A stretch of 64,000 nucleotides of DNA, from assembly GCA_963771175.1 (NCBI GenBank), contig CAVYSY010000024.1:231227-295226 (forward strand). The letters are read 5' to 3'. This document shows positions 12,768 through 23,240 of the stretch, in pieces; position 1 is the stretch's first letter, and every line of letters starts with the position of its first letter. This DNA comes from an uncultured delta proteobacterium. GTDB taxonomy: Bacteria; Myxococcota; Myxococcia; Myxococcales; Myxococcaceae. The notes under the pieces are model-generated. The model searched no databases. It was not told the DNA's origin and saw only the letters and a list, made by a program, of their open reading frames with translations. Made by a program: the position numbers and the translations under genes.

Positions 12768-15700
12768 ATGAAGCTTCACTTCGAGCCGAACCTCGACTAC
12801 CAGCTCCAGCGCCATCGAGGCGGTCTGCGACCTGTTCCGCGGCCAGGAGATCTGCCGCACCGAGTTCACCGTCACCCGCGAGCGCTCGGCGGACCTGCAG
12901 CTCCTGCCCGGCATGCGAGAGCGACCTCGGCATCGGCAACCGGCTCACACTGCTCGACGACGAGCTGCTCGAGAACCTCGAACGACATCCAGCTCCGCAA
13001 CGGCCTGCGCCCCGTCGGCAGACGCTCGCCTCCGGCGATTTCACCGTGGAGATGGAGACCGGCACCGGCAAGACCTACGTCTACCTGCGCACGATCTTCG
13101 AGCTGAACAAGCGCTACGGCTTCACCAAGTTCGTCATCGTGGTGCCGTCGGTGGCCATCAAGGAAGGCGTCTACAAGACGCTCCAGATCACCGAGGAGCA
13201 CTTCCGCGGCCTCTACGCCAACGCGCCCTTCGACTACTTCCTCTACGACTCGGCCAAGCTCGGCCAGGTGCGCAACTTCGCCACCAGCCCGCACATCCAG
13301 ATCATGGTGGTGACGGTCGGCGCCATCAACAAGAAGGACGTCAACAACCTCTACAAGGACAGCGAGAAGACCGGCGGCGAGAAGCCCATCGACCTGATCA
13401 AGGCCACGCGCCCCATCCTCATCGTGGACGAGCCGCAGAGCGTGGACGGCGGCCTCGAGGGGCGCGGCAAGGAGGCGCTCGGCGCGCATGAACCCGCTCT
13501 GCACGCTGCGCTACTCGGCCACGCACGTCGACAAGCACCACATGGTCTACCGGCTCGACGCGGTGGACGCCTACGAGCGCAAGCTGGTCAAGCAGATCGA
13601 GGTCGCCTCGGCCACCGTCGAGGGCGCCCACAACAAGCCCTACGTGCGGCTGGTCTCCGGTCGAGCAACAAGCGGCGGCGTCATCACGCGCGAAGGTCGA
13701 GCTGGACGTGCAGACGGCCGACGGCGTCCGGCGCCGGCGAGGTGACCGTCCAGGACGGCGACGACCTGGAGCAGACCACCGGCCGCGCCGATCTACGCCG
13801 ACTGCCGCATCGGCGAGATCCGCGTCGGGCAAGGGCAACGAGTTCCTGGAGCTGCGCGTGCCCGGCGGCGAGCAGTACCTGACGCCCGGCCAGGCCTGCG
13901 GCGACGTGGACGCCGCTGGCCGTGCAGCGGCAGATGATCCGCCGCACGATCAAGGAGCACCTCGACAAGGAGAAGCGCCTGCGCCCGCAGGGCATCAAGG
14001 TGCCTCAGCCTGTTCTTCATCGACGCGGTGGACCAGCTACCGGCAGTACGACGCGCGACGGCAACCCGGTGAAGGGCGACTACGCCCGCATCTTCGAGGA
14101 GGAGTACCGGCGCGCTGGCCAAGCACCCGGACTACCAGACGCTCTTCAAGGAGGTGGACCTGACGCGCGCCGCCGAGCGAGGTCCACGACGGCTACTTCT
14201 CCATCGACAAGAAGGGCGGCTGGACCGACACCGCCGAGAACAACCAGGCGAACCGCGACAACGCCGAGCGCGCCTACAACCTGATCATGAAGGACAAGGA
14301 GAAGCTGCTGAGCTTCGAGACGCCGCTCAAGTTCATCTTCTCCCACTCGGCGCTGCGCGAAGGCTGGGACAACCCGAACGTCTTCCAGATTTGCACCCTG
14401 CGCGACATGGGCACCGAGCGCGAGCGCCGCCAGACCATCGGCCGCGGCCTGCGTCTGTGCGTGAACCAGAAGGGCGAGCGCCTGCGCGGCTTCGAGATCA
14501 ACACGCTGACCGTCATCGCCACCGAGAGCTACGAGCAGTTCGCCGAGAACCTGCAGAAGGAGATCGAGGAGGACACCGGCATCCGCTTCGGCATCGTGGA
14601 AGAGCACCAGTTCGCCGCGATCGCCGTGACGGGACGCGGACGGCAGACCGACGCCGCTGGGCGTCGAGCAGTCGAAGGCGCTCTGGGAGCACCTGCAAGG
14701 CGCCGGGCTACATCGACGCCAAGGGCAAGGTGCAGGACTCGCTGCGCAAGGCGCTGAAGGACGGCACGCTGTCCGCTGCCGCCGAGCGTTCGAGGCCCAG
14801 CTCCAGCAGGATCGACGGAGATTCTCCGCAAGCTCGCCGGGCGGCTGGAGATCAAGAACGCCGACGAGCGCAAGCCGATTGCGCACCGCGGCAGGCCGTG
14901 CTGCACAGCGAGGAGTTCAAGGCGCTGTGGGATCGCATCAAGCACAAGACCACCTACCGCGTGCAGTTCGACAACGAGAAGCTGATTGCAGAGCTGCGTC
15001 ACGGCGCTCCGCGACGCGCCGCCGATCGCCAAGACCCGCGCTGCAATGGCGCAAGGCCGACCTCGCCATCGGCAAGGCGGGCGTGGAGGCGACGGAGACG
15101 CAGACGCTGCCGCGCCGGTGGTCCTCGACGAAGGCGACATCGAGCTGCCCGACCTGCTGACCGACCTGCAGGACCAGACCCAGCTCACCCGCCGCACCAT
15201 CTACCGCATCCTGACCGAGAGCGGCCGGCTCGACGACTTCAAGCGCAACCCGCAGCAGTTCATCGAGCTTGCGTGGCCGAGGCCATCAACCGCAGCAAGC
15301 GGCTCGCCCTGGTGGACGGCATCAAGTACCAGCGGCTCGGCGACGAGCACTACTACGCCCAGGAGCTGTTCGAGGAGGAGGAGCTGACCGGCTATCTCAA
15401 GAACATGCTGGCGGCGACGAAGTCGGTCTACGAGCACGTCGTCTACGACTCGGACGTCGAAGCGAACCTTCGCCGAGCAGCTGGAGAAGAACGAGGCGGT
15501 CAAGGTCTACGCCAAGCTCCCGGGCTGGTTCAAGGTGCCGACGCCGCTCGGACGCTACAACCCGGACTGGGCCGTGCTGGTCGAGAAGGACGAGGGCGAG
15601 CGCCTCTACTTCGTGGTCGAGACCAAGAGCAGCCTGTTCACGGACGACCTGCGCGACAAGGAAAGCGCGAAGATCGAATGCGGCAAGGCCCACTTCGCCA

Positions 15701-15783
15701 GCCTCGGAGTCAGCGAGCCGCCGCCCAAGTACACCGTCGCGCGGACGCTCGAGCAGGTCCTAAACGAGGTCGAGCCGACCTGA
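12768..15783 (+). CDS. res: Type III restriction endonuclease Res (many frameshifts)
   Basis: EMETGTGKT Walker A, DEPQ, LRYSATH, FSHSALREGWDNPN, QTIGRGLRL; C-terminal YNPDW...VVETK nuclease motif. Confidence 0.93.
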
Positions 15784-15793
15784 TACCACCCGG

Positions 15794-17223
15794 TCACTGG
15801 CTCGTCCCCGGAGGCTGCGTGCTCGCCAGCCATCCCCCGCCGAGCGCTTTGTAGAGGTTGACGAGGTTGGACAGGCGGGAGAGCTGCGCGTCGATGAGCG
15901 TCTGCTGGGCGTTGTAGAGGTCTCGCTGAGCCGACAACAGCGTGATGTAGCTGTCCACGCCCGCCCGGTAGCGCTGTTCGGACAAGCGGAAGCGCTGCTC
16001 CTCGGCCGCCACCCGCTCCGTCTGCGCCTTGAGCTGTTCCTCGAAGGAGGCGCGGGCGACGAGGGCATCCGCCACCTCGCGGAATGCCGTCTGGATGGAG
16101 GCCTCATAGCGGGCAATCTCGATGGACTTGGAGACCTCCGCCACCTCGAGGTTCGCCCGGAGCCGGCCGCCGGTGAAGATGGGCAGGCGAATCTGGGGCA
16201 CGAAGCTCCAGACGCCCGCACCGCCGGAGAAGAGCCCGACGAGCTCCGTGCTGGAGACGCCACCGGACCCCGTCAGAGTGATGGACGGGAAGAACGCGGC
16301 ACGCGCCGCCCCGATGTTCGCGTTGGCCGCCTTGAGCTGGTGCTCGGCCTGGAGGATGTCGGGCCTGCGCTGCAGCAGGTCCGACGGCAGTCCCGCGGGC
16401 AGGTCCGCGAGGAGCTTCTGGGTGGACAGGGGCCGCGGCGCGGGAAGCTCGGCGGGCAGGGGGCGGCCAATGAGGAGCACCAGGGCGTTCTCCGCCTGAG
16501 CGTACTGGCGCTTATAGAGTTCCAGGGTGAAACGGCTGGCGTGGACCTGGGTCTCCGCCGTGCGCAGGTCCAGTTCGGAAGCCCGGCCGAGCTCGTAGCT
16601 GCGCCGGGTGATGTCGAAGGAAGCCTGCACCGTCTCGAGTGTCTGGCGGGCGAGGGCCAACTGTTCGTCGAGCGCGCGCTGGGTGAGGTAGGCCCGGGCG
16701 ACCTCCGCCACGAGCGACAGGTGCGCGCTGCGCTGCGCCTCGCCCAGTGCGAGGTACTGCTCCAGTGCCTGGTTGTTGAGGCTGCGCACCCGGCCGAAGA
16801 AGTCGAGCTCGTAGGCCGTCACGCCCACGCCCACACTGTAGGCGTTGAGGGTCGTGGCCTCCCCCGTCGGGCTCTGGAAGGCGGGCATCCGCTGGATGGC
16901 GTCGCTGGCGGTGGCGTTGACCGTGGGGAAGAGGTCCGCGCGCTGGATGCGGTACTGCGCCCGGGCGCGCTCCACGTTCAGCGCGGCGATGCGCAGGCTG
17001 CGGTTGTTCTCGAGGGCCAGGGAGATCAGCTCCGCAGGCGCTCATCCCCGAAGACGTCCCGCCAGCCAATGTCGGCCGCGTGCACGCCCGTCTGCCCCTC
17101 GCCGCCCTCCCCTCCTGGAAACACGGAGACGACGGGTGCCTCGGGACGCTGGTACTTCGGCGCGAGCGTGCAGCTCGCCAGCAGGGCCGCGCTCGCGGCG
17201 GCCAGCAGAGAATGCCTAACCAT
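15794..17223 (-). CDS. RND efflux outer-membrane lipoprotein, OprM/NodT family (frameshift near 17035)
   Basis: Lipobox [35 protein letters not shown]. Confidence 0.93.
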
Positions 17224-20200
17224 GGACCGCACCTCCGGCGGTGGCAGGCGCCTGGGGAGCCGCGGTGGGCTCCCTCGAGAACCTGCGGAGAATGACGACG
17301 AAGAACAGCGGCACGAAGAAGACGGCCAGCACGGTGGCGGAGATCATGCCGCCGATCACGCCGGTGCCGATGGCGTTCTGGCTGCCCGAGCCGGCGCCGC
17401 TGGCGATGGCCAGCGGCAGCACGCCGAGGATGAAGGCGAGCGAGGTCATGATGATCGGGCGCAGGCGCATGCGGCACGGCTTCGAGCGCCGCGTCGAGCA
17501 GGCTCCTGCCCTGCTCGTACAGCTCCTTGGCGAACTCGACGATCAGGATGGCGTTCTTGGCCGACAGACCGATGGTGGTGAGCAGGCCGACCTGGAAGTA
17601 GACGTCGTTGCTGCAGGCCGCGCCATCAGCGCGGCCAGCAGCGCGCCGAGGACGCCGAGCGGCACCACCAGCATGACCGACGAACGGGATCGACCAGCTC
17701 TCGTAGAGCGCGGCCAGGCAGAGGAACACGACCAGCAGCGAGAGGGCGTAGAGCATCGGCGCCTGGGAGCCGGACAGCCGCTCCTCGTAGGACAGGCCGG
17801 TCCACTCGATAGCCGATGCCGGCGGCAGCTGCTGGACGAGCTCCTCCATCGCGCGCCATCGCCTCGCCGGAGCTGTTGCCCGGCGCGGCCTCGCCGAGGA
17901 TCTCGACCGAGGGGATGCCGTTGTAGCGCTCCAGCTTCGGCGAGCCGTAGGTCCACTCGCCGGTGGCGAAGGCCGAGAACGGCACCATCTCGCCCTGCGC
18001 GTTGCGCACGTACCAGCGGTCGAGGTCCTCCGGCTGCATGCGGAAGGGCGCATCGCGCCTGCATGTAGACCTTCTTCACGCGACCGCGGTCGATGAAGTC
18101 GTTGACGTAGGTGCCGCCCCAGGCCGAGGACAGGGTGGTGTTGATGTCCGCCAGCGACAGGCCCAGCGCCGCTCGCCTTCTCCTGGTCGATGTCGACGCT
18201 GGAACTGCGGCGTGTCGTCGAGGCCGTTGGGGCGCACCTTCGTCAGCGCCGGGTTCTGCGCGGCCAGCCCGAGGAGCTGGTTGCGCGCCGCGCATCAGCG
18301 CCTCATGGCCGAGTCCGCCGCGGTCCTGCAGGTACACGTCGAAGCCCGTGGCGTTGCCCAGCTCCAGGACCGCCGGCGGCACGAAGGCGAAGACCATGCG
18401 CGTCCTTGAGCTGCGAAGAACACTGCCATCGCGCGGCCCGCCAGCGCCTTCGACGTTCTGCGCGGGCGGCTCGCGCTCGCTCCCAGTCCTTGAGCTGCAC
18501 GAAGGCCATGCCGGCGTTCTGGCCGCGGCCGCCGAAGCTGAAGCCGGCGATGGCCGAAGACCGAGCTCGACGGCGTCCTTCTCCTCGTCGAGGTAGTAGT
18601 CCGCACCTTCTCGAGGACCGCTGGTCGGTCCGCTCGCAGCGTGGCGCCGGCCGGCAGCTGCACCTGCGCGAAGATGCACGCCCTGGTCCTCGTCCGGCAG
18701 GAAGGCGGTCGGCAGGCGGACGAACAGCAGGCCCATGCCGCCGACGATCGCCACGTAGACGACCATGGAGCGGCCCGTGCGTCCCGAGCAGCACGCCGCA
18801 CGACGCCGCTGCGTAGCGTGTCAGCGCCGCGCTCGAAGGTGCGGTTGAACCAGCCGAAGAAGCCGCGCCGTTCTCGTGGCCGTGGCCGTGCGGCCATCGG
18901 CTTGAGCAGGTGGCGCAGAGCGCCGGGGTGAGCGATCAGCGCCACCAGCACCGACAGCACCATGGCCGACGACGATGGTGATGGAGAACTGCCGGTAGAT
19001 GACGCCGGCCGAGCCGCCGAAGAAGGCCATCGGCACGAACACCGCCGACAGCACCAGGCCGATGCCGATCAGCGCGCCGGTGATCTGCTCCATCGACTTG
19101 CGCGTCGCCTCCTTCGGCGACAGGCCCTCCTCGCTCATCACGCGCTCGACGTTCTCGACCACCACGATGGCGTCGTCCACCAGCAGGCCGATGGCCAGCA
19201 CCATGGCGAACATGGTCAGCGTGTTGATGCTGATAGCCGAACACCGCCAGCACGCCGAAGGTGCCGAGCAGCACCACCGGCACCGCGATGGTCGGGATCA
19301 GCGTGGCGCGGAAGTTCTGCAGGAACAGGAACATCACCAGGAAGACGAGCACGATGGCCTCGATCAGCGTCTTGACCACCTCCTCGATGGACGAGGCGCA
19401 CGAAGGGCGTGGTGTCGTAGGGATAGATCACCTTGCACGCCCGGCCGGGAAGAACGTCTGCGAGCTCGCTCGACGCTGTCGCGCACCGCCGGCCACGGTG
19501 TCCAGCGCGTTGGCGCCGGTCGGCCAGCTTGATGGCCATCGCCGCGGCCGGCTTGCCGTTGTAGCGCGCTGGCTGATGTCGTAGTTCTCGCCGCCGAGCT
19601 CGACGCGGGCGACGTCGCGCAGCGCACCTGCGAGCCGTCCGGCGTTGACGCGCAGCAGGATGTTGCCGAACTGCTCCGGCGTCTGCAGGCGGCTCTGCGC
19701 CGTGACGGTGGCGTTGAGCTGCTGGCCCGGCGATCGCCGGCAGGCCGCCGAGCTGGCCGGCGGAGACCTGCACGTTCTGCGCCTGGATGGCGCCGCTCGA
19801 CGTCCGCCGGCGTCAGCTGGTAGTTCATGAGCTTGTCCGGGTCGAGCCAGATGCGCATGGCGTACTGGCGCGCCGAAGAGCTGGACGTCGCCCACGCCGC
19901 GGCACGCGGCTGAGCGGGTCCTGCACGTTGGCGGCCATGTAGTCGCCGAGGTCGTAGCCGGTCATGCTGCCGTCGTCGGAGATGAAGCCGACGATCATCA
20001 GGAAGTTGTTGCACGGCCTTGTCGACGCGCACGCCCTGCTGCTGCACCTCCTGCGGCAGCAGCGGCGTGGCCAGCTGCAGCTTGTTCTGCACCTGCACCT
20101 GGGCGATGTCCGGGTTGGTGCCGGCGTCGAAGGTCAGCGTGATGGTCACGTGCCGTCCGAGTCGCTCGCCGAGTCCATGTAGCGCAGGTCGTCGAGCCCG

Positions 20201-20411
20201 TTGAGCTGCTGCTCGATGACCTGCGTGACGGTGTTCTCGACCGTCTCGGCCGAGGCGCCGGGGTAGATGGCGCTGATGCTCACGCGCGGCGGCGCGATGC
20301 TCGGGTACTGCGCGATCGGGCAGGCTCAGGATCGACAGCGCGCCCGGCCAGCATGATGACGATGGCGATGACCCACGCGAAGATCGGCCGGTCGATGAAG
20401 AATCTGGCCAC
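17216..20411 (-). CDS. RND efflux inner-membrane transporter, AcrB/MexB family (many frameshifts)
   Basis: [15 protein letters not shown]-terminus, [43 protein letters not shown]. Confidence 0.93.
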
Positions 20412-20444
20412 GGAAGTTCTCGCTGATGCGGTGAGCGGATGGGC

Positions 20445-21679
20445 TCAGCGCGTGAATTGAGTGACGGGGGCACTCGCGGCGGCGGGCACGGCGCGCACCT
20501 CGCTGCCCGGCCGCACCTTCTGCAGGCCCTCGACGATGACACGGTCGCCCGCCGCCAGCCCCTCGGTGACGAGCCACTTGTCACCCACGCTCCGCGCCGC
20601 CGCGAGCGTGCGCAGCTCGACCTTGTTCCCCGCGCCGACGACGAGCGCCGTCGCCTCGCCCTTGGGGTCGCGCGTGACGGCCACCTGCGGCACGAGCAGC
20701 GCGTCCGGGTCCACGCCTTCCTCCAGCCGCGCGCGGACGAACATGCCCGGCAGCAGCCGCTGCTGGGGGTTCGGCACGAGCACCCGCAGGGTGATGGAGC
20801 CCGTGGACGGGTCCACCGTCACGTCGGAGAACTGCAGCGTGCCCGGCTCCGAGTACTCGGTGCCGTCCTCCAGGAGGAGCTTCACCTTCGCGTGCGTGGC
20901 GTCCGCGCGCTGAAGCCGCCCGCTCTCCAGTTCGCGTCGGAGCCGCAGCAACTCGGCGCTCGACTCGGAGACGTCCACGTAGAGCGGGTCGAGCTGCTGC
21001 ACGGTGGCCATGAGGGTGGCCTGGCCCTGCTGGACGTAGGCGCCCTCGGTCACCGTCGCGCGGCCGATGCGGCCCGACACGGGCGCAGTGACGTGGGTGT
21101 AGCCGAGGTTGATTTGCGCCGTCTGGACGGCGGCCTTCGCCGCGGCGACGTCCGCGAGGGATACCTTGTGCGCCGCGGTGACGTTCTCGTACTCCTGCTT
21201 GCTGATGGCCCGCTCCGCCAGCAGCTCCGTGTAGCGCTCCTCCTTGAGGCGGTGTCTGCTCCAGGTTCGCCTCGGCCCGCGCGAGCGTGGCCTTGGCGCT
21301 GTCGAGCGCCGCCTGGTAGGGCTGGGGATCGATCTCGAAGAGCACCTGCCCCTCCTTCGACGTCGCTGCCCTCGGTGAAGAGCCGCTTGAGCACGATGCC
21401 GTTGACGCGGGCGCGCACCTCGGCCACCCGGTACGCGGAAGTCCGGCCCGGCAGTTCCTTGGCGAGCGCCACGGGCGCCGCGGCCAGCTGCACCACCCCT
21501 ACCTCCACGGGACCCGAGGGACCCCGGCCAGTTGGAGCGCCCGGCTTGTCGCCACACGCGCCAAGAAGCAGGGCTCCGAGGGCGGCCACGCCCAAGCCCC
21601 TGACTCGCGGGGTGGGAAAAGGCCAGCGGGTACATGCCTGCTCGGCAGCTCTCTTCAGGACGGATTCTGTTTTCGCCAT
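20445..21679 (-). CDS. RND membrane-fusion protein, AcrA/MexA family (frameshifts near 21255-21350)
   Basis: Lipobox LGAC, ELPGRTSAYRVAEVRARVNG, APVSGRIGR, LLPGMFVRA. Confidence 0.92.
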
Positions 21680-21738
21680 CTCTCCCTCGGCCTCGGTCGG
21701 AGGGCCCCGCGGGGGCATCCACGAGGCGACAAGCAGCA

Positions 21739-21760
21739 AACTAAACCGTTCAGTTTAGTT
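21739..21760. promoter_or_regulatory. TetR-type operator 1
   Basis: Perfect inverted repeat AACTAAAC-N6-GTTTAGTT in the divergent acrA/tetR intergenic region. Confidence 0.8.
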
Positions 21761-21803
21761 CTATTGCCGCGGAGAGATACGGCTGGAGGCATTTCCCGTC
21801 AAG

Positions 21804-21821
21804 ACTAAACCGTTCAGTTTA
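21804..21821. promoter_or_regulatory. TetR-type operator 2
   Basis: ACTAAACCGTTCAGTTTA identical to 21740-21757; abuts a minus-strand TTGACG (-35-like) at 21797-21802. Confidence 0.78.
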
Positions 21822-21871
21822 TTCAGTTCGAAGGGGTGATATGCGGGCCAGGCGAGCGAGAAAGGCGGGAT

Positions 21872-22489
21872 ATGAGGAAGACACCAGCGGAGCTCTCACC
21901 GACCAAGCGTGCGCAGATTCTCAGTGGCGCGTCCGCGGTCTTCAGTGACCTGGGGTACGAGCGGGCGAGCGTCGATGCGATTGCCGCCCGCGCCGGGGTC
22001 TCCAAGGCGACGATCTACAACCACTTCGAGGACAAGAAGGCGCTGTTCGTCGCATGCCTCTCCGAGGAGACGCGCGCGGTGGAGGAGCGTCTGCGCGAGG
22101 TGCTGGACACGCCGTCGGGCGATCTGGAGCGTGACCTCCAGCTGATTGGGGAGGCCTTGATGCGCCTGCTCCTCTCACCTGCCATCCTCAAGCGGTACCG
22201 CATCTTCGCGGCACAAGTGGACCGCTTTCCGGAGCTCGGGGTGGCGCTGTTCGAGCAGGGTACGAGTGCCACGCAACTGCGGATGACCCGCTACCTGGAG
22301 CGAGCCAGCGCGACGGGGGCCTTGAGACTGGAGGACCCCGCCCAGGCCGCCCTGGACTTCCTGTCCCTCTGCCATGGCGACATCCCCATCCGGGCACAGC
22401 TCGGGGTCCTCAAGAGCCTCACGGACGAACAGATTCGAGCCAGGGTCGCTCACGCCGTGCGTGTCTTCCTCTGTAGCTACCGCCCGTGA
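21872..22489 (+). CDS. TetR/AcrR-family regulator of the divergent efflux operon
   Basis: HTH IAARAGVSKATIYNHFEDKKALF; divergent from the RND operon. Confidence 0.93.
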   Translation: MRKTPAELSPTKRAQILSGASAVFSDLGYERASVDAIAARAGVSKATIYNHFEDKKALFVACLSEETRAVEERLREVLDTPSGDLERDLQLIGEALMRLLLSPAILKRYRIFAAQVDRFPELGVALFEQGTSATQLRMTRYLERASATGALRLEDPAQAALDFLSLCHGDIPIRAQLGVLKSLTDEQIRARVAHAVRVFLCSYRP

Positions 22490-22496
22490 GGGCAGC

Positions 22497-22670
22497 CACC
22501 ACCTCTTCCAACCCCTGCGCTACCAGGTGGCCACCGCCGGCCTGAGCCCCTCGGACATCGCGATGCCCATCCGCTCGCAGTTCGCTGGGCTGCCCGACGT
22601 GTCCGTACAATGGGGCGCGCAGAGAGCGTGAGCCTGGAGAAACGCAGGGTCGGCGCCGAGGACGGCGCGC
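22497..22670 (+). pseudogene. Fragment of a type II NADH dehydrogenase (Ndh) gene
   Basis: HHLFQPLRYQVATAGLSPSDIAMPIRS resembles the NDH-2 N-terminal motif HLFQPLLYQVATAGLS; no start codon, truncated. Confidence 0.7.
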
Positions 22671-22870
22671 GGGTGGTCGGCGAGAGCGCCTGGGGCCGAA
22701 GGGGGACATCGTGAGCCGCTACACGACACTCCCCTGGGAGTCCGTCTGGGCGGAGGTGGCGAAGCTGAAGGGGGAGCTCCGGTCCCCGTCGACGTCGCCG
22801 GCAGGAGGCGCGCTGCCCTCGGACGAAGCCCCGTAGCCACAGTCGAGCCACAGTCCGGATCAGCAAAAGA

Positions 22871-22907
22871 AAAAAGCCCCCGAGTCACTTGGACTCGGAG
22901 GCTCTTT
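22871..22907 (-). terminator. Intrinsic terminator following the displaced tRNA-Leu 3' fragment
   Basis: AAAAAGCCcCCGAGTC-loop-GACTCGGaGGCTcTTT; T-run on minus strand. Confidence 0.7.
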
Positions 22908-22936
22908 CGGGTTGCCCAGGGCGGGATTCGAACCCG
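22897..22936 (-). repeat. att direct repeat, distal copy (tRNA-Leu 3' end plus downstream bases)
   Basis: GGAGGCTCTTTCGGGTTGCCCAGGGCGGGATTCGAACCCG identical to 32328-32367 (40 bp). Confidence 0.95.
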
Positions 22937-23240
22937 GTACGGGGGGATGGAAAACCTCAAGCAGGACGCGCCCTTACCCGCCATCCCCTTGATTTACTCG
23001 GGTTCGTCGTCCCGCACTATCCCACCCCGCGCCACCTCATCCCACCTCGTCCCCCCTGAACCCGCGCTGGAGGGGCACATACGGGGCACATGGGCGCGTC
23101 ACACCACCGCCTCGGCGATCGTTGGTCGCGCCAACTCGTGCTCACACGCCTGACCTAAAGTTCAGAGGCCTCCGCCCGAAGCGGGCAGGTTCGGGGAAAC
23201 CCCGCTGAGGCTTCCCGCTATGGGTGTAGGAGGAGCCCAC

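Noticed and set aside
22897..22936. Second complete tRNA gene
   Set aside because: Only the T-arm and acceptor 3' strand are present
23010..23060. Short C-rich repeats as a CRISPR array
   Set aside because: 10-bp degenerate tandem units without spacers; better explained as att-arm protein-binding sites
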